Assembly (NCBI GenBank): GCA_000934665.2
Contig: KZ538018.1
Coordinates: 1-64,000 of the forward strand
DNA from: Catajapyx aquilonaris
Lineage: Eukaryota
Direction of reading: 5' to 3'
Length of the DNA stretch: 64,000 nt
Position 1 is the first letter of the stretch. Each line of letters begins with the position of its first letter. Under the pieces are notes generated by a model, which saw nothing but the letters and a program-made list of their open reading frames with translations, searched no databases and had not been told where the DNA came from. A program made the position numbers and the translations under genes. Positions 49,001 through 63,884 of the stretch are shown here, piece after piece.

Positions 49001-49862
49001 TAAATAAACAGCTCTCTATGGACATCGTTCAGCAACAAAAAAAAGTATGAAGCCACCTTTTATAATCATAATACCATTTGTACATGTCAAAGTTTGTAAT
49101 GCGACCAAACAGTGCACTGGACCTTTAATAAGCAGCTTGACTTTTGTTTCCGCTTTTGGTTAAGACCCCTTTTGTACGTAAGGTTATTACATCTTCCCCC
49201 CACAGCCAGGAACCTTCCCAAAAACCTTCTTTTTTTTTCTCTCTCTCTCTCTCTCCCCCCAAGCAACAACCTCTACCCCTGGCTTCTCACCATTCTCCGA
49301 CGCGCCAGCTCCAAAATAGCGGAACACAGGCAGCATCTCAATGATGGGAGGGGAAAACCCAGGCAAAGATGGCTCCTCGGGATAAATTTTTTGCCCTTAG
49401 CTCTGTCAGATGCTGGAAATCCAGACAAAAATTTTTCTTAACAATCTTGTACAGTACAGAAGAAAATATGAAGGGGGGAAAAACATGTTAACCGCCAGTT
49501 AACATACCCGCGAACCCTTCATACATATGATTGACTCTGTCCATTTTTTTACCTCTATGTTTCAAGGTATAGGGGACACATGTGTGATGTATAAAGGTTA
49601 TAATATCAAGTTGATATTTCGTGCAAGTCTTGTCTCATTTCTTTGGTCTTTATAGCCCCAGGCAAAAGAATTTACGACCACGCGATGAGGGATTTGCTGG
49701 AATTGAATCAATAGATATCACCCGTTCTCTCCCCCACCTCCCAAAAGCTTAGAAGGGTGATATTTTGTACATTGTGCACAGAACTCGTAAATTGCAATCA
49801 AGGATGTCAACCCCTTCGACCATGAATATAATTATGTCATCCATTTTTTTTTAAACTAGGGA

Positions 49863-50097
49863 AACCGAGTGCGCACCCACACTCGCGCAGCTCCATAGTT
49901 CTGATAACAACGTTGCCAGAACCTTGGAAGCGTCGCAAACGTCGGCCATTTTGTCCCCCCCCCCCCATCCCAGTGTAGCGTTGGAAATAAGTGCAGCGCT
50001 TATTTACCCAGTAGAGTACACCCACTATACAGCTTACTAGCCCACTATTGATAATGCAAACCGTGCAATCTGCGCGAACTGTGGTGCGCACTCGGTT
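49863..50097. mobile_element. MITE family C full-length copy
   Basis: Perfect 15-bp TIR AACCGAGTGCGCACC / GGTGCGCACTCGGTT; interior shared with the 24473 and 63660 copies. Confidence 0.75.
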
Positions 50098-52139
50098 AAT
50101 TCGTCTATATTAGTTTTAAGTAAATATTTATAATTTATGCAGCTATCTCTCATATTACAGGTTACACAGTTAGGATAAGTTTACATCTGGCTGCATCCCA
50201 GCATTGATTCAGGTCCTATCTAATTAAGCTTGTTAGCTATCGCGAAATTTGTGTCAGCTTCAGTTGTTGACAAAAACTTTGGTGACTGGCAGGAGTTAAT
50301 GGGCAGCTCATCTGGCCATTTAGCGTATGTTTGTACTGCGCTTAGTTGGGTGGGGGGGCAGGAGGCCAAAGTCAGGGGGATAAATATGACCGGGGCTTGG
50401 ATCGTAAGTGAAAACCTGTTTCCCAATGAAAATTGCTCAAAAAATGGCGTGCTAAAAAAAACACAAACCCGTGTGTGGGGTGGGTTCCCCAGTTGCCATA
50501 ATTCCCAGCCCCAGTTTTTTTTGCATTGGAAAGTATGAGGTAATATTGAATTAGCGCGGTATTCTGCATGGTTAAATCACCGTGAAATATACGTCGCCTC
50601 ACTTGTAAACGGCGAGGGGGGGGGGGCAATACCAGGCCCCCCCGGGCTTAATTGGTTGTCTGAACTACTGTTAATTAATAAAGTGGCTCTTGAATTTCAT
50701 TAGCACGTTATTGCGCTGGCTATACACGTTTGGTAGGTAGCCTCTATGACACACTGTAATACACGCAGAAAAATTATTCCCACTAGGGACATGCAAATTG
50801 CAGCAAACTGCACTTTTGTTTTCCATCGCCCGAACAAACTGCGTGCAATTTTTTGTGTGCAAAATGTCAATTGCGTTTCGTTACTGATTGCACGTTCATA
50901 CCAAGCGACACAAGGAGTCATGTATTTTTGCGGGTTAAAAAAATTTATTGCTATTGCTCCGATGCTTTTCAGTAAACACAACAGCTGGGCTTGGTTTTAG
51001 TTCGTTGATTTGAACCCTTCGCTTTCTGGGCACCCGCGTTGTATCATTTACTGTCCCCAGATTACCGGGGCGTGTAGACATAAATTGCCTTTTTGTTAGG
51101 ACCTGCTCATCCCTACTAAAACCTACGCTATAGACCTCCCCAGGAATTATGCTCCTGGATAACATCCAATTAAACTGCCGGATTAGGTACTGGTGCTGTA
51201 TGATCTGGGTGCATAATATTAAAGGTCATTATTATTCTAGTACAGCTATAGGTTTGCCCCTGGGTCATATTCTTTTTGCAGCTCAAGAGTGGATGTTGGG
51301 TTGCATAGGCTGCAGGATGAATCCAAGGACACAACCCGGTTAATTTCCGGTCTCCATAAGTTAAAAGTGGGAACCAACTAGTGTCCAGCCGGCGTAAGAG
51401 CGTCCATTTGAGAACACATTTGTCCAAGAAAAGAATGATCAAGATGGAGTGTCTGTGAGTGGGCAAGAGAAAAGACCAAAGCTCATTTTCTCGGCTAACT
51501 TCAGTGGGGGGCTACCAAGCGTCGCTCAGCCTGCCACCGTATCTCTTTATGAGGGCATTTTACGAGCCATTTACTCCTGAAGGCAGTGGTTTTCGGCCTT
51601 TATTATAGGTCCGAGACTTACTCTCCCTCCATACATGCTTCACACCCCCACGAACTGGGCTTGATGCATCAAACTCCATTAGACCCTATATATACAGGAA
51701 GCTATACCTCGCATGCCTATGTCACCTTATCTGACTGCCAGCACTTCCCGAGAACTAATGAGGTTAACTAGCTGAAACATTCCTGTACATGTACTACCTC
51801 TCAAGTACGAACAATTTAATCTTCGTGCTGTCTGAAGCGTTTTACTGCTCACTAGTTGAATTATAGAGCGCGTAATGGTCGTGCCTTGAAACTATTTGAA
51901 CACTAACACTGTAAGCGATGCAGATTTTTTATTATTTAAAAATACTCTAGAAAAACCCTCGTTTATAGCTCGATTTTTTTCTAGGCTTGTGGCCTGCGGT
52001 GGTGGAGGACATTGTCTCCCATCTACAGTGAAGGGACATCCTATAGAATGCACTTCTGGAACCTCCCACTCTTCAAGTTTCTATGAAAATGACCTCAACA
52101 ATATGAGTAAACAGCGTGACTGACAAAAAGAACGCTGTT

Positions 52140-52287
52140 TACTGGTATTGTTGTGTGAGGGAGCCAATCGGAAGAGTCGCGGTAACAAAATGCGGTGGAC
52201 CAATCAGAAGGCTGGCTTATGCCTTCTGATTGGTCCACCGCATATTGTTACCGCGACTCTGCCGATTGGCACACAACAATACCAGTA
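52140..52287. mobile_element. Palindromic MITE-like element (~148 bp, TA ends)
   Basis: TACTGGTATTGTTGTGTG...GCCAATCGG.AGAGTCGCGGTAACAA.ATGCGGTGGACCAATCAGAAGGC is mirrored almost perfectly in the second half. Confidence 0.78.
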
Positions 52288-55200
52288 CCGACATGAATAT
52301 GATTTTAATATGATATATGTTTAATAGAGACAATAATAACTGCCATAAGTTCTAAATTGACACTATTAAGTTAAACAATTATTCTGTCACCTCAATTCCG
52401 GGCCTCAATCAGTTTTCCCGGAAACACTTCCAGTAATGCGGTTTGTCGGAGAGAAAAGTTATTTCTAGCAATGAAAATGCCTTCCGTATAAATGGAAGAA
52501 AATCATTAAAGGGGGGGGGGTGTGCTCCGAGATTTTAAAAATCTCTTGAATGGCCATTCAGCCTCTCCGCCGGATGGAGAGTAATCATGAGGAGTCCGGA
52601 CATTTTCCTCCAGTCACAGGGAATATTATTAATGCTAAGAGGAAAACCAGAAACCATTCTCCCCAAAGCTTAGTACTGGAAAATTAATCAAAATTTGAGC
52701 GTAAAATGTGGTTTAAAAAAATAATTGCAGGCGGATGTTTTATAACAAGTTTGTGGTTTCAGGTGGAGCTGATTCACATCCAGTTCGACCTGAAGGGTCA
52801 TGTTGAAGCGCACAGTCGGAGGTCACTGGTGGGAGTTTCGATATGGCTGAAGAAGTGTCGAGAATACCACGGAAGTACACGGCCCACGAGACCATACAGG
52901 TAATGTGAACAATCAATATTTTTTGCGGGAAAGATATGTCGAATTTTTTTTGGGAGGCCGAACGTATGATGAATGCTGGAAGAGTCGGAATGGATCATGA
53001 GCACCTCAGATCCTGGTTGAATGATGCATGACTCGTTCACTAACTTTTTTTCTTCCTTTTTCTAACAAGCCTGCTTGGAATTTTAAAGCCCTTTTTGAAG
53101 GTGTCATCTGACTTTTAAGCAGAGTCTGAAAGGAAGATGAGCTCTAGGATAAAAATTCAAAGCATTTTTTTTTGCAAAGAAAGGAAGAAAAATTTGTTAC
53201 CTGAACTAACGAGTAGCAGACCCTTTAAAAAATTTTAAATTAGAAAATAATTGTTTAACTATCAGGAAAATAACACTGAAGAAATTGTCCGTTTTAAGGT
53301 TAGTAGTTATTGTTTGTAGACAATTGTAAAGGGCTTGAGATCCACTGTGTTAGTGATCTAATTAGAAAAATGAAATGAATGCACGAATTTCTTGAAATGC
53401 CGGAGTAGCTTGCACGTTTAATGAGTTGAATAATTTTAACGGCAAAACACTCCTTGTAGAGAGATCCGCAATATTCTTGAGAAGCAGAGAGTAATTCTTG
53501 GGAGTTGTGCCAAGTTGGGAAGAAAAGTAAGCATTAATCTTCCAGTGTCACTTCTAAGGACATTTTCTAATCTAGCTTGTGAAAAGGGGCTGCTTGGAAG
53601 ATTGCACCCGGGGTTTTAGTGCAAGCCTTTCTTATCCAGTTAGAACATGTTTACATAATGAGTTTATTCCAAGAGGTTTAAATTCGGCCTGGAATTTCAA
53701 CTTTATTTTTTTGCCAGCCCGTATTTCCAGCCCTGAAATTTGGAGGGATCATTGAATAAGTCGATTAAAAGATTCGACTTTTAGGGCCAGCCCTCAAGAG
53801 ATTCGGCTGCTCACTTTTGGTCGGCATCACTTTGGATAGAGTCAAGAGAGGGGAAAGTCCGAAGGTTTGTCTACAGGGTGATTCAGTAGTTATATCCAGC
53901 TGGTTATGGCTATAGTGGCCCCAATGCAAGTATAAAATGTATAGGAGCGCAAATTGGGTTGAATCATGCAAGTGACCCCGAATTGAATGGTAAATTGTAT
54001 AGGGACGCAATTTGGGTTGCGTCATGCAAGGATTTGTGAAACTAACTGGTATAATGACATATACACGACGATTTGTGTTCGCGGTGTTGGTTGCCCAAAC
54101 TTTTCTAATTTTCGAGGCTTATTTTCGGTTGAAGTATTAACCACATGAGTAAAACGCATTGCAGCTTTTTCCCTCCCCAACCCTTATGCCAGGGATATCT
54201 CAGGCACGGTAAATCCTATTCCGTCTATGCCAGTGTCGACTAATGAGGCTGTCACACCATTTTTCATTTGGGACATCCCACCTACAAGATTAGCGTGTAC
54301 GACAGTGTGACTTGGGAAGTTGGCATCCTGGAGAGATTTGGTATGGCAGATTGGTTCCCTAATCCTTGTGAATACATTAAAGTAAGGAGGGGTTGGGATG
54401 GAATGAAACCAAGAGTTGGAAAGAGGGGGGTATGAAGGATTGGTGCTTCCCGGATTTAAACCGTGGGAAGTGCTGCATCTCTCCGGATAAAATTTCTGAG
54501 AGAAGGGGGGGGGGGTATAGGGAAAAGGATACCACTCTATCCTAATGGCACCCGACACTTGAAGACGCAGGATAATCTATTTGGATTTCGAAGGAAGGGA
54601 AAGTAAAAGTGTAAATTAGCAAGGGTCTGAAAACTAAATGGACTTTGGCTGCATTAGACCCCCAGCAGGAGGTATAGGAATTTGGAGACAGCAGAAAGAT
54701 TAGATTTTTTCTGCGGTGTCATCGGACTGAAAACTTGCACTCTATGTGCTGAAACCTAACCGAGGTTTAATGGCCACTTTTTTTAAATAACAAATTATAA
54801 CCCACCCATTCCCTATCCTGGAAAATTGTTATTAGGATTTAGCAACGCTGTAAAAATGGGGGATGAATCTGAGGCCTTTCACTAGTGAATATTCATGGGA
54901 TTTAAACTGGAACATTAGCAGCTGGAATCAATATCGTGCCGCTTTTGCTACAGTTAATTTTCTAGGAAATAATGGGCTCTTTCGGAGGGATATTGCCCTC
55001 CCTTTTTTATCAGTTTTAGCTGCAGTTTCAAGGGCTATTAGTGAACTATATGAGAAGGGAAGGCGGATCTTTATTTTCGACACAATGTCGACGTAAATTT
55101 CGACCCGAGGTTTCGCACCGGTAGCCGGTTCTTGTTATTTAATATTTAATGATGCATAACGAGTAGCAAAAAACTATTTGAAGAATATTGTGAGTACTCA

Positions 55201-56216
55201 AGTTTTGGAAGCGAAACGAGTCTTTTCCTCCCATTATACAAGCCCTATAGTAACTGAAATTAAAATCGACATTTTCATTCGCTACACCAACAGTTCATTT
55301 GGAATTCAGAGCAATATCTTGTGCTTGAAACTTCCCCGAAAAGGGTTCCTCTTTCTACTTCTTCACTAACGACGCTATACAACAGCGCGAAAATAGTCGC
55401 TTTTGTAAGCAAGACGCCGCCCAGAAAATAATCGGATGAACCCTCCCGAACAAAAAATTTGTACAGTGCTTGAATTCGGTGCCAGCTCTTGGCCTCTTCT
55501 AGGAGACGCAAAAAGGGACTGAAAACCCCTGCGAGATGGTAATTTAATTAGCGAGAATGGGCCACCGAATTCCAGGGGATCCGGACCATAAATGTGACGA
55601 AGCCAAATATTCAAGAAAAGTTTTTTTTTCTTCTTCTCGAAAGATCCTTTTGATGAGGTTTTTAAGACACGTGGTGGGTATTGGCAGGATTTTTTTTTTT
55701 TGCTCAAGGAAAAGATAGACTGATGATATCTGAAAGGAGAGGTGTCTTCTCTGGGCTTGGCGAGGGTGAAGTATGGAGTGACCTTTGGAAGCGACGGGAC
55801 GTGAAATCTCGATCTCAGCTGCCCAAAAGACCGTTCGTGCAAGGATGGACCGAGGGAGTTATTAAACGACGGATTATTTCCGGGGGAGTTTTTTTTTCTT
55901 TACTGAAAGACGTATTGTTGGGGATTTGCAGTAAAATATTGACTTTGGTGGTACACGTGTTGGTGGTCGATCGAAATTTGTGCATACTGATGTGATGGCT
56001 GGAAAGCTTGTAAATTGTGATGTATTTGCTGACAGAGTAAATTAGTGGTGATCAATGGGCAATGTAGTTTAAAATGAATATTTTTGTTAGGAGTACTGGA
56101 CCTGAACACGATCAGCGTGATTCGAACATACCTTTTCTCATTGCCAATGATATTATAATTGGACAACAGTGGCATAGAATGTTGTCAGTCTCCCAAGGAA
56201 CCCAAGGACACGCGTC

Positions 56217-56365
56217 AGTATAGACTTGACCTTGGCGGATAGAGTGGCTGGTCACCGGAAGTTGACCATGCAACCTATTTAGCATCATCTGAATCCGAAT
56301 CCGAAAACCGTTTGTCGATATCTCCTATGGTTTATGCCCTGATACATGTCCACGGACAGACAGCT
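56217..56365 (+). mobile_element. Dispersed repeat family B copy
   Basis: TAGACTTGACCTTGG...GGTCACCGGAAGTTGACCATGCAACCTATTT...GAATCCGAATCCGAAAACCGT...CCCTGATACATGTCCACGGACAGACAG. Confidence 0.7.
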
Positions 56366-59300
56366 GCTCTGTAAGACATTTCTTTTGTAGAGAAAAAGGG
56401 TAAAAATTGGAATCAACGTCACATGATCTAGGATGAACACTATCCTGATGAAGATCGTTCAAGTACCGGTAATAACCCCCCACATTACTGTGATTTGCTA
56501 ACGTTCCGGACATGCAACTACGCGTTAAACTAGCTTTAATACGTTTCCACCGCCAAATAAATCTGGATGAGCGTACTCATGCAGCGCCCTCTCCAAAATC
56601 CAGCCCTGAAACGCCTCCAAACTCCGCCCCTGCCTTATTAGGCCCGCCATCTCTCGGTGACAAACGTCCAGCTCGGAGATAAGCCATCCAGCCCTTAATC
56701 CGATCCCCACTCACGTTGCCCCGGATATCTTATATGGACCCTGAACTTGAGTTTTCGGGATAGTACCCATATAGCTTATACTAGAAAAGCGTGTTAGAGG
56801 AAGGTGGAAGAGGGGGGGATGTAGCAGATGCAATGTAGCAATTACTGTATCAAGCCGGAAGTGGTCCCATTCATCAAGAAAGGACCCGAGAAAGGGGGGT
56901 GGGCCATACGTTCCGGTTAGGTAAACATTGCAATCGAGCTTGCGATATGCAATTATATGAGGGGGGGCGTAAAACCCGAGGGTGGAGGGAGAGTTATGCT
57001 TCTAGCTACTTGATGGCATTCAGGTTTAATTCAGTGCCACGAGGTAATTTACGGAGGTAGGTGGTCGGTGGTCCGGTATGGTGCACGTGGAGGTGCAAAG
57101 TGGCTTGAATTGGGCTAACTTGCAAGGGAGATGAATTGGGAGAGGAATTTCTCGGGCTATGTATTATTGGTTAATTTACGACCAGTAGTAAGTTACGTTT
57201 ATGGGACTGTCCATTGTGCTAATGAGAACTGGGGTATTAATTACGTGCGTAAGTACAGTTGGATAAGGCAAACAAACACATGCATTTGTAGCTTGTAAGA
57301 AAGAGCTTCTTTAATATATCATCAATGAGTTTGTAATTAAATTTTTATTTGTTCCGCATGGAATCTGCCTGTGGGGATGGAAGACTGCACCTAAAATTCC
57401 TTACGAAATCAACAGTTTTATTACCAGGAACGAACGTGACGTAAGAATCACTTAATTTTTACGACATTCCCGGAATTGCAGGAAGCGTCACGGATTACAC
57501 GTTACTTCCCTATTTACTGTTTGGTTTTATTTAAAAAAATTGAATGAACGTCAATGAAATACAACAGCTTGGCTCTATAGGTGACAGAAGTTTACGCTTC
57601 AAAACTTATACATGAAAATTGCAAAACCTCTCGCAGGGAATTGCAGGGAGAGACGCTTGGCTGCGTATGACTGTCGAAGTGCCAAGGAAAGGGATAGGGA
57701 GAGGAAAAAGTAATAAAAGCAAGGAAAGAGCAAACATCGGGGAAAAAAGGAACAAGAGGGAGAGAGAGAGTCAAGTGCTTTGGATGAGGGAGCCCCTGAG
57801 AAGAAACAATAAAAAGAGAGGCTTGTTGGGTGGGTGATTAATGGGGAAAATGAGTACTCCGCTGGTTGGACAGGTTTATAACACTCATCAGTCTCTCTCT
57901 AATGGGTCTTTTTCGGATCCTCAAGAACTCCTCAGACGTATCGGGGAGTTTTAGGGAGCAACACTTTGCTAGTGGTTAGAAAATTTGACGATGGTGCGGA
58001 GGACATGTAACGACCTGATGTTATGTAATTGCCAATTAGTCACACCCGGATTTATTGGTGACACTTCCGTACCAAAAAAATGATCTGAGAGTACTGCATG
58101 TCGAAATCTGCGTTGTGCTGCCTTTACCTTGTCTTTTTCCCCTTGCTCCTTTTCCCCCCCTTGTTCTGAAGGGTGCGTAGAAATTCCTTGTGCGTACCTT
58201 ATCCGGAGAAGGGGAGGGTTTGGGGGGGAGAAAACCTCCGGAACCGGGCCTCACCCTTCATCAAACATTCATCCAACGATGCATGCGGATTCCCCAATTC
58301 CTCTTCCCTCGACTCCGGTTCTCCTTTTCTTTTCTCATCGTCGCTGCCTGAATTTCATATAAGAAAAGCGATGGCGCCACCCTCATGATCGTCATCATCA
58401 TCAGACATGGGTGGCCGATTCGAAGAAGAAGAAAAAAACGACGCTTCTCCTCCAGATAAAAATGCACATGCTACCAAATAGGCCATAAAGTGAGCAGGGG
58501 TTATGGCACGGAAAAACCTGGGGAATGAGTAAAAAAAATAATTAGAAAAAATAGCAACTTGGGGGAAGATATTCTACTGGTATCATACCTGTGAACTGTA
58601 AGGGAAAGATGCTAGAATTGCAGATTGCTTGGGGGGGGGGGGATGGTTGAAGTTTGGGTTCTAATGAACAAAGTCGGGAGGAAGGGAAAGAGGGGGACTA
58701 ATTAAACAAGGGATTTTAAGGGGGTAAGAAATTCGACCTGGGGTTCACCTTACTTATCAGGGGTGGGAATGAACGGGTCCTGATTTTCCGGAGCACCTCC
58801 GAAAAAGTCAAATGTCAGTGGGCCGGAATTTGCATACCAAGTGGTCCTTTTCATTGTAATTTACTAGGCACATTTTTCGGGACACGTGGCTGGATTTTTT
58901 TTGGAATTAGTTTTCAAAAGTTGAATATATAGAAACATGAATCAGTTGGAAGTATATGCAAGCATTTGAAATATTAAAATTAATATGATTTGCTGTACTT
59001 TCTACTTTCATCCAGCCTAATTTTTTTAGGTGACTTGGTAATGCTGCTCAAATTGAGCAGGTTCACTATAGCTATATACCGCGACGCGCTGTACTAAACA
59101 TCGAGTTGTAATCAGAGGCGTGTAATTTCCCTGCTATTGAACAAACCGAGCCCTGGGCAACCTCAGTCATCCGTGCAAACGGCTTCAAAATAGTGGTTTC
59201 ATACACTGCGACCAGACGACTGGGGAAATCCTTTATTCGGTTGGCAGCGATGCATTGTTTTCCACCCTCTCCATGCCATTCAGATCAATTTCCGAGCGAC

Positions 59301-62300
59301 GATTTACTCACACGTATATGGCATTCATCCACGCACCGCTAATTGACATGTCATGAAAATGTCGCGTGTACGTCAATAAAACCAGGCATTCACCCCACCC
59401 CCTCAAAAACTGGCTACTCCCCTGCCTCATGCTGTTTAGGGATTTTCAATTTTTGTTGCCAAATCAAGCGATGCCAATTCCCCACAGCCCTAGTCCTATA
59501 TATTATTCAATAAGTTGTAAGGAGAGGGGGACAAAATGACGATAACCTAATCGGATGTGCTCATTTATTTTGGCAAATAATTTAATCTGGAATGTTCACA
59601 TCACTTTGCAGTACGAGTTAGTGACTATTCATATGGGAAAGGATTCTGTCATATTATACCGTTCATCTTAGCACTAACTTAATTGGACGGTGTTATGCAA
59701 TATAAATGAGTCAACCCACATGAGAACAGCTTTGAAAAAAAAGCTTTGACTGTGAAATTAATTCAGTGTCATTTTCTGTCATTAATGGCAGAAGCTGTCA
59801 GTACGATCCGTTGGGTATATATTTGACATATTTGTGGGTTGACACATTATTGCATAACACCGTCCAATTAGTAATCAGTATAAAAGTGAAAAACCGGTGT
59901 CTTTTTCTGGCGGTGAAGCTTGATGCGGTAATTACAGAATGGTCCACTGAGAAGAAGAAAAAAAAGAACCTCTCGGGTCTGTAAAGAGCATTAAGGACTA
60001 ATACACTCACACAGTGCTTCCAACTTGTTCCCCGGAAAATCCGGGTGGCGGCAAGGTTGGGAACCAAGACTTTCTTGCCTCGGAAAACACGGTAATTGGA
60101 TTAGAGACTGACTTTTCTTCCGTCACGTGACTTCTCGTTTTACGAGACAAGAATCCCTCCAGAGAGTAAACAATTAGATATAAAAGGTGGAGGGGGTGGA
60201 GAAAGAGATGAGGTGGTGTTGGATGGGGGGAGAGGAGGCCTATATATGTATATATGGTGAAGAAGTGCAAGCCAGCTACTGGGCCAGAAAACGGAAGTGA
60301 AGAAGTTGGCCAGAGCTGAAGGAAACGGACGGATGGAGCATTTGGAGGTAGAAAAAGAAATATTTAGGTTGTCATGGCTGCGAAGCAACAACAACAACAA
60401 CAACGAAAAGGAAGAGTCTTCGGAGGCTTTTTTCCTCTCGTTGGATTAAACAAAGAGAAGAAGATCTCTGGAGCAAGAATCGGAGGGAAAGAAAACGGAG
60501 TGTTTTCGAGCGGTGACCTTTCAAGGAAAGATATTGACTTGTAAACGTATAACAGCTGGAGAGAGAGCTAAAAAAAAGGCAGTTTGGGTCAACATAAATA
60601 AAGAGAGGGCTGCTCAGGAGTGTTTCCTGCTTCCGTAGGAAATCGAATTTATTTTCCTAGCTTACCTTTTTTTCCGATTCACAAAAATTTGATGTGGAAC
60701 CACATCAAAGACAGAAAAATATTTTATGACACTAGCTGTAATTTTTCAGCTACTAAGTATGTTCTTCAAATATTAATATTTCGCATATTTTCTGAAATAA
60801 TTGCTGTACATCACGGGAACACTTTCAGGCTAATAAACTGTTGTTGACGCAAAGTTATAAATTACAATCTCGTATAGTAATAAGCTGCACAACATAGTCA
60901 TGAACTTCTAGGAATGAGAAACGTGGAGAGCTGCATGATGGGATCGTAAAAAGCAGCCTGGGAGAGTTTGCTTACTGTGCTTCCTCATTAGCAGACAACT
61001 AGAGAGAGAAAAAAAGAAGGCGGTGTAATTACGCACGTGATGTTTTGTCGCATGCCAGCGCAATTAATGGGTAGCGATGAGAAAGGGAAGATTTGGTTAT
61101 TAGAGCGTGTAAGATGCGCGATATCCCCCTGAAGGTGTGCAGGTAAAAGTTTTTTTTCACATGCAATTTAATATCGTTTTCAAGCAAGTACACCAATTAT
61201 TTAATGCAATTTTAAAGTGTTCCAAAAAATGTGAAAATCAATGTTGGAGTCAGCTTTCTTGGGTAGCTCGTGCTTCCAATTGTTGTACCGATAAATCAAA
61301 TAGGGTCAGACAGGGAAGCAGCTGGTGTTCTCTTCGAGTTCAGGAAAAAAAGCCCTGCAGGAGGGGTGGTATTTTAGAGGGGGGTCCCAAAGAAGAGCCG
61401 TATTTCACCACCCAAGGAAAAAAAAAGGAATCAGCGCTAGAACTAAAAATCAGAGAGAATTTTTTTATGCTGCATATAAGTTACATATATGATTTTTTTC
61501 CACACCCTCTCTCTTTCCCCTCCTGTCATTTCTCCCTTTTCCTTCACTACCATTTTGCTCCCTTCCCAGGGACACAAGTTGAGGACATGTCGGAAATCGA
61601 GACATTTGGAACCAAGAGGAAAAGATGCGAGATAACTGAATGAATTCAGGCCATTGTGAGTTCCTTCCGTCCTATTCGACTATTCGAGCCCACAATCTGA
61701 TACGCATATAACTTCCTAGAAAATGTTTCTTGATGACAAATATGTTTGATGTCAGCTGTCAGTATTCAACATACACCAGGTGAAATTTTTCTCCAAATAT
61801 TATTTTTCTGAAGCATATACACATAATGTCAGTGAAGGATGGAGCGCCAAAAGATCGAGTAGGAAGCAGCTGAAAATCGGGTACGCATATGCGTGTGGCA
61901 GGTCCATTCTGTAAAGTGCGTGGCAAGAGCGAGGGAGCTTTTGAGAACCGAGGGGAAAAAAAGGTCTCTTTATTGTGTTCAGAAAATGTGCCATCAGCTT
62001 CCAGAAGCCGTCAGTCGACTTTGAGAATAAGGGATAAAAGATGGAGGAACTTGTGCAAGAGGTAGGGCTTATTTTAAAGATCAATTGTTATTGTAAGACA
62101 ACAGATTGTATTGATGCTGTATAGTACAGCTCGTGTTCTGTAGTAGTTACTCTGCTAATAAATTCCAGTCAAGTTCTGAGTGTGACTCTAACAGCGACAA
62201 CAGAGTGTGGAGCCCAAACGGCCCAAAATCCTCGTTTAAACGCCCAATAATTGTCGTTTAATTAGTCATAAATATCTTTCCGGGTCTTTTGCGTTAAGGA

Positions 62301-63659
62301 ACGAGGCATATAAGGGGGCAGTAAAATTTAATACTTTACTCTCCCCGAGAATCCGGATTCGTTCTGTGGCAACAAAAACAGGGAGCTTTTTATGACGCTT
62401 GATGTAAACGGGCTGAACGGAGAAAATTAACATGTTTAAAAAAAAGGCAAAGCGACGCCTCGTTGAAGTGCAAAAAAAAACCCTTCCGGGATTTTTCGAG
62501 GATAAAAGGCGGAGGTTTATTACACCCACACCCTGGCAGAAATTAAATGCCGCTTCAACTTCTTTGTTGTGAAGAGTGTGCCGAGGAGAATATACATTTT
62601 TAGTCATTATTACTCCAGAATAAAACTGATTTTTTTTAGTACTTCAAATAATGTAATAATTGACATAGACATAGAATTTATTAGTGTTGCTGGCTGCATT
62701 TTGTTAATATTATGACAGCATGACAAATGGAAGCAGACACGACAATATTTTTGTTTAGAAAACTTATAACACACATGCTTTCATGTCTTACACATGTCAT
62801 GACATAAAAGGGCGTGCACATAATATCTTACGAGTCTAGAAAGTATATGAATTTTAAAAATATGCTAAACTTAAAAAAAAGCGAAATTTGCTTTCATCAC
62901 CAGATTAGATTTTATAACAATACATTTTCCAAGTACATAACAGAACTACGCTTGTCTTACAACTGACTCGAAATCCGAAAAATTTGGACAACGGCTCTAG
63001 TTGAAGATAAGGAGGCGGGCATAAACCCCTTGCGATAAATTCCTACAAGTTGTTTGAACGCCATGAAAAAGTAATTTCCCCAAGTTTCTCCTTTCCCCTT
63101 TGCTCGGTACGTAGTAAAACTCGGTGCAAACCTGATGGTGCGGCGCATTTCCCACCCGGATAATAATAATTAATCCGGGTTCTGGTTAGGAAGCCCTGGA
63201 GTCCCGGACACGTGGCGTGCTGTATATATAGGGGTGCTGGGGAAGAAACTAACAGAGCTAGACTAGAGAGTAGGGGTCCTCTCTCTCTCTCCCCTGATGC
63301 TGTAGCTTGCATCGTGAGGGTCTAATGGTCTCGCACGCAGACTCCCGTGGTCATTGTCGTAATGACGGGGGGCCAGCGTAACACCCCAGCCCAATTGTGA
63401 GCGGGGGTTTGTTTGGATTGGCTCATTTCACGCGCCTCGAGCAGCGGACCTACTAACATAACTTTGCCACACCACCCCAGGTGCCTCTGCCCCCGGAGGA
63501 AAACCCAAACACCGAGAGGCACAGTCTGCGTTGGGTTCAGATGGGACCCATCCCCCACTCAAATATAAGGGAAACTTTGTAATGAACGCACTTTAATTAA
63601 AACGGGCTTGCTAATGGGTACGAATAAGTGAAAGAAAAAGGTGACAAAATAGTTTTACA

Positions 63660-63735
63660 AGCGCACCGAAGTTGGCGCAGCGTGCACGGTTGGCATTAAC
63701 AATGAGCGCTACACTTATTTCCAACGCTACGTTTG
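63660..63735. mobile_element. MITE family C fragment (reverse)
   Basis: TGCACGGTT.GCATT..CAAT...GCGCT.CACTTATTTCCAACGCTAC is the reverse complement of the family C interior. Confidence 0.6.
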
Positions 63736-63884
63736 GAGGAGAACAAAATGGAGAGTAGGCTCTTGGAAGAGAGTCGACAACATGTGACGTCACGTCCTCT
63801 GTGATTGGCTGTAGTAATTATTGTGGACTGTCTACGTGTACTATGGCCTATGGGGGCCGTCATATTGCGTTTGCTAGGGAAATA

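Noticed and set aside
61738..61775. ATATGTTTGAT, reminiscent of miR-190
   Set aside because: Seed mismatch, and the stem is too short for a pre-miRNA.
40100..63600. Numerous 60-170 aa ORFs in the track
   Set aside because: No recognisable domains, homopolymer-driven composition, and no consistent exon chain; consistent with random ORFs.
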